DNA of 64,000 bases from Lama glama (lineage: Eukaryota). Within the stretch, counting starts at the first letter, position 1. The number at the start of each line of letters is the position of its first letter. The position numbers and the translations under genes were made by a program. This document shows positions 63,850 through 64,000 of the stretch, piece after piece. Under the pieces are notes generated by a model. That model ran no database searches. It was not told where the DNA came from and saw nothing but the letters and a program-made list of their open reading frames with translations. The stretch covers positions 67,830,001 through 67,894,000 of the forward strand of contig CM052817.1 in NCBI GenBank assembly GCA_028534125.1, written 5' to 3'.

Positions 63850-64000
63850 TTGCCCCCATAGGGTATGTTATTAATTTGTTTCACAATAATACTTTAAAGC
63901 CCCCTGGGTATGTGACACATTAGGTAACTCTAATATAGTTATTTTCTACATCTTGGTAGTTTTTTTTTTCCTTTTTCCACTCTTGATTTTAGGGCTCAAG

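Larger units (their letters stand above)
1..64000 (+). other. TET2: 5' non-coding portion of the TET2 (tet methylcytosine dioxygenase 2) transcription unit: exon 1, intron 1, exon 2, partial intron 2; CDS lies downstream of the window
   Basis: 1-103 and 35216-35360 match, in order and with GT-AG boundaries, my recollection of consecutive segments of the human TET2 5'UTR (...GGGACGAGAACGAG|GCTGGCAAACATTCAGCAGC...GAGCTGCTG|). Recognised from memory, not by alignment. Confidence 0.93.

Noticed and set aside
1..64000. Prokaryote-type systems (CRISPR arrays, operons, defence islands) or foreign inserts
   Set aside because: No regularly spaced repeats or gene-dense segment; everything seen is consistent with mammalian intronic DNA.

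Overview
Mammalian genomic DNA, most likely camelid (camel/alpaca/llama), judged from several tRNA-Ala-derived SINEs resembling the camelid Vic-1 family. The window covers the non-coding 5' part of TET2 on the + strand: the 3' part of exon 1 (1-103) in a CpG-rich promoter region, a ~35 kb intron 1, the 145-nt 5'UTR exon 2 (35216-35360) and the first ~28.6 kb of intron 2. The identification rests on my recall of the human TET2 mRNA 5'UTR; no search was run. The TET2 coding exons lie beyond the window and no intact protein-coding gene is supported; the only recognisable peptides are decayed LINE-1 ORF2 fragments. The introns contain many L1, L2, MIR, MER5-like and SINE remnants. I found no convincing new gene system. 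The best leads are regulatory: a uORF-rich leader with an AUGA stop/start overlap, a candidate alternative exon (818-941) carrying a perfect-Kozak ORF, AG|GT recursive-splice-like sites that would rebuild the upstream exon's own donor, several nuclear-receptor elements (IR0/DR8 at 9.4 kb, an 8-bp tandem repeat forming DR2 sites at 44.7 kb), and an intronic CpG-rich island with a strong splice donor at ~49.3 kb. Repeat boundaries and subfamilies are by-eye estimates.
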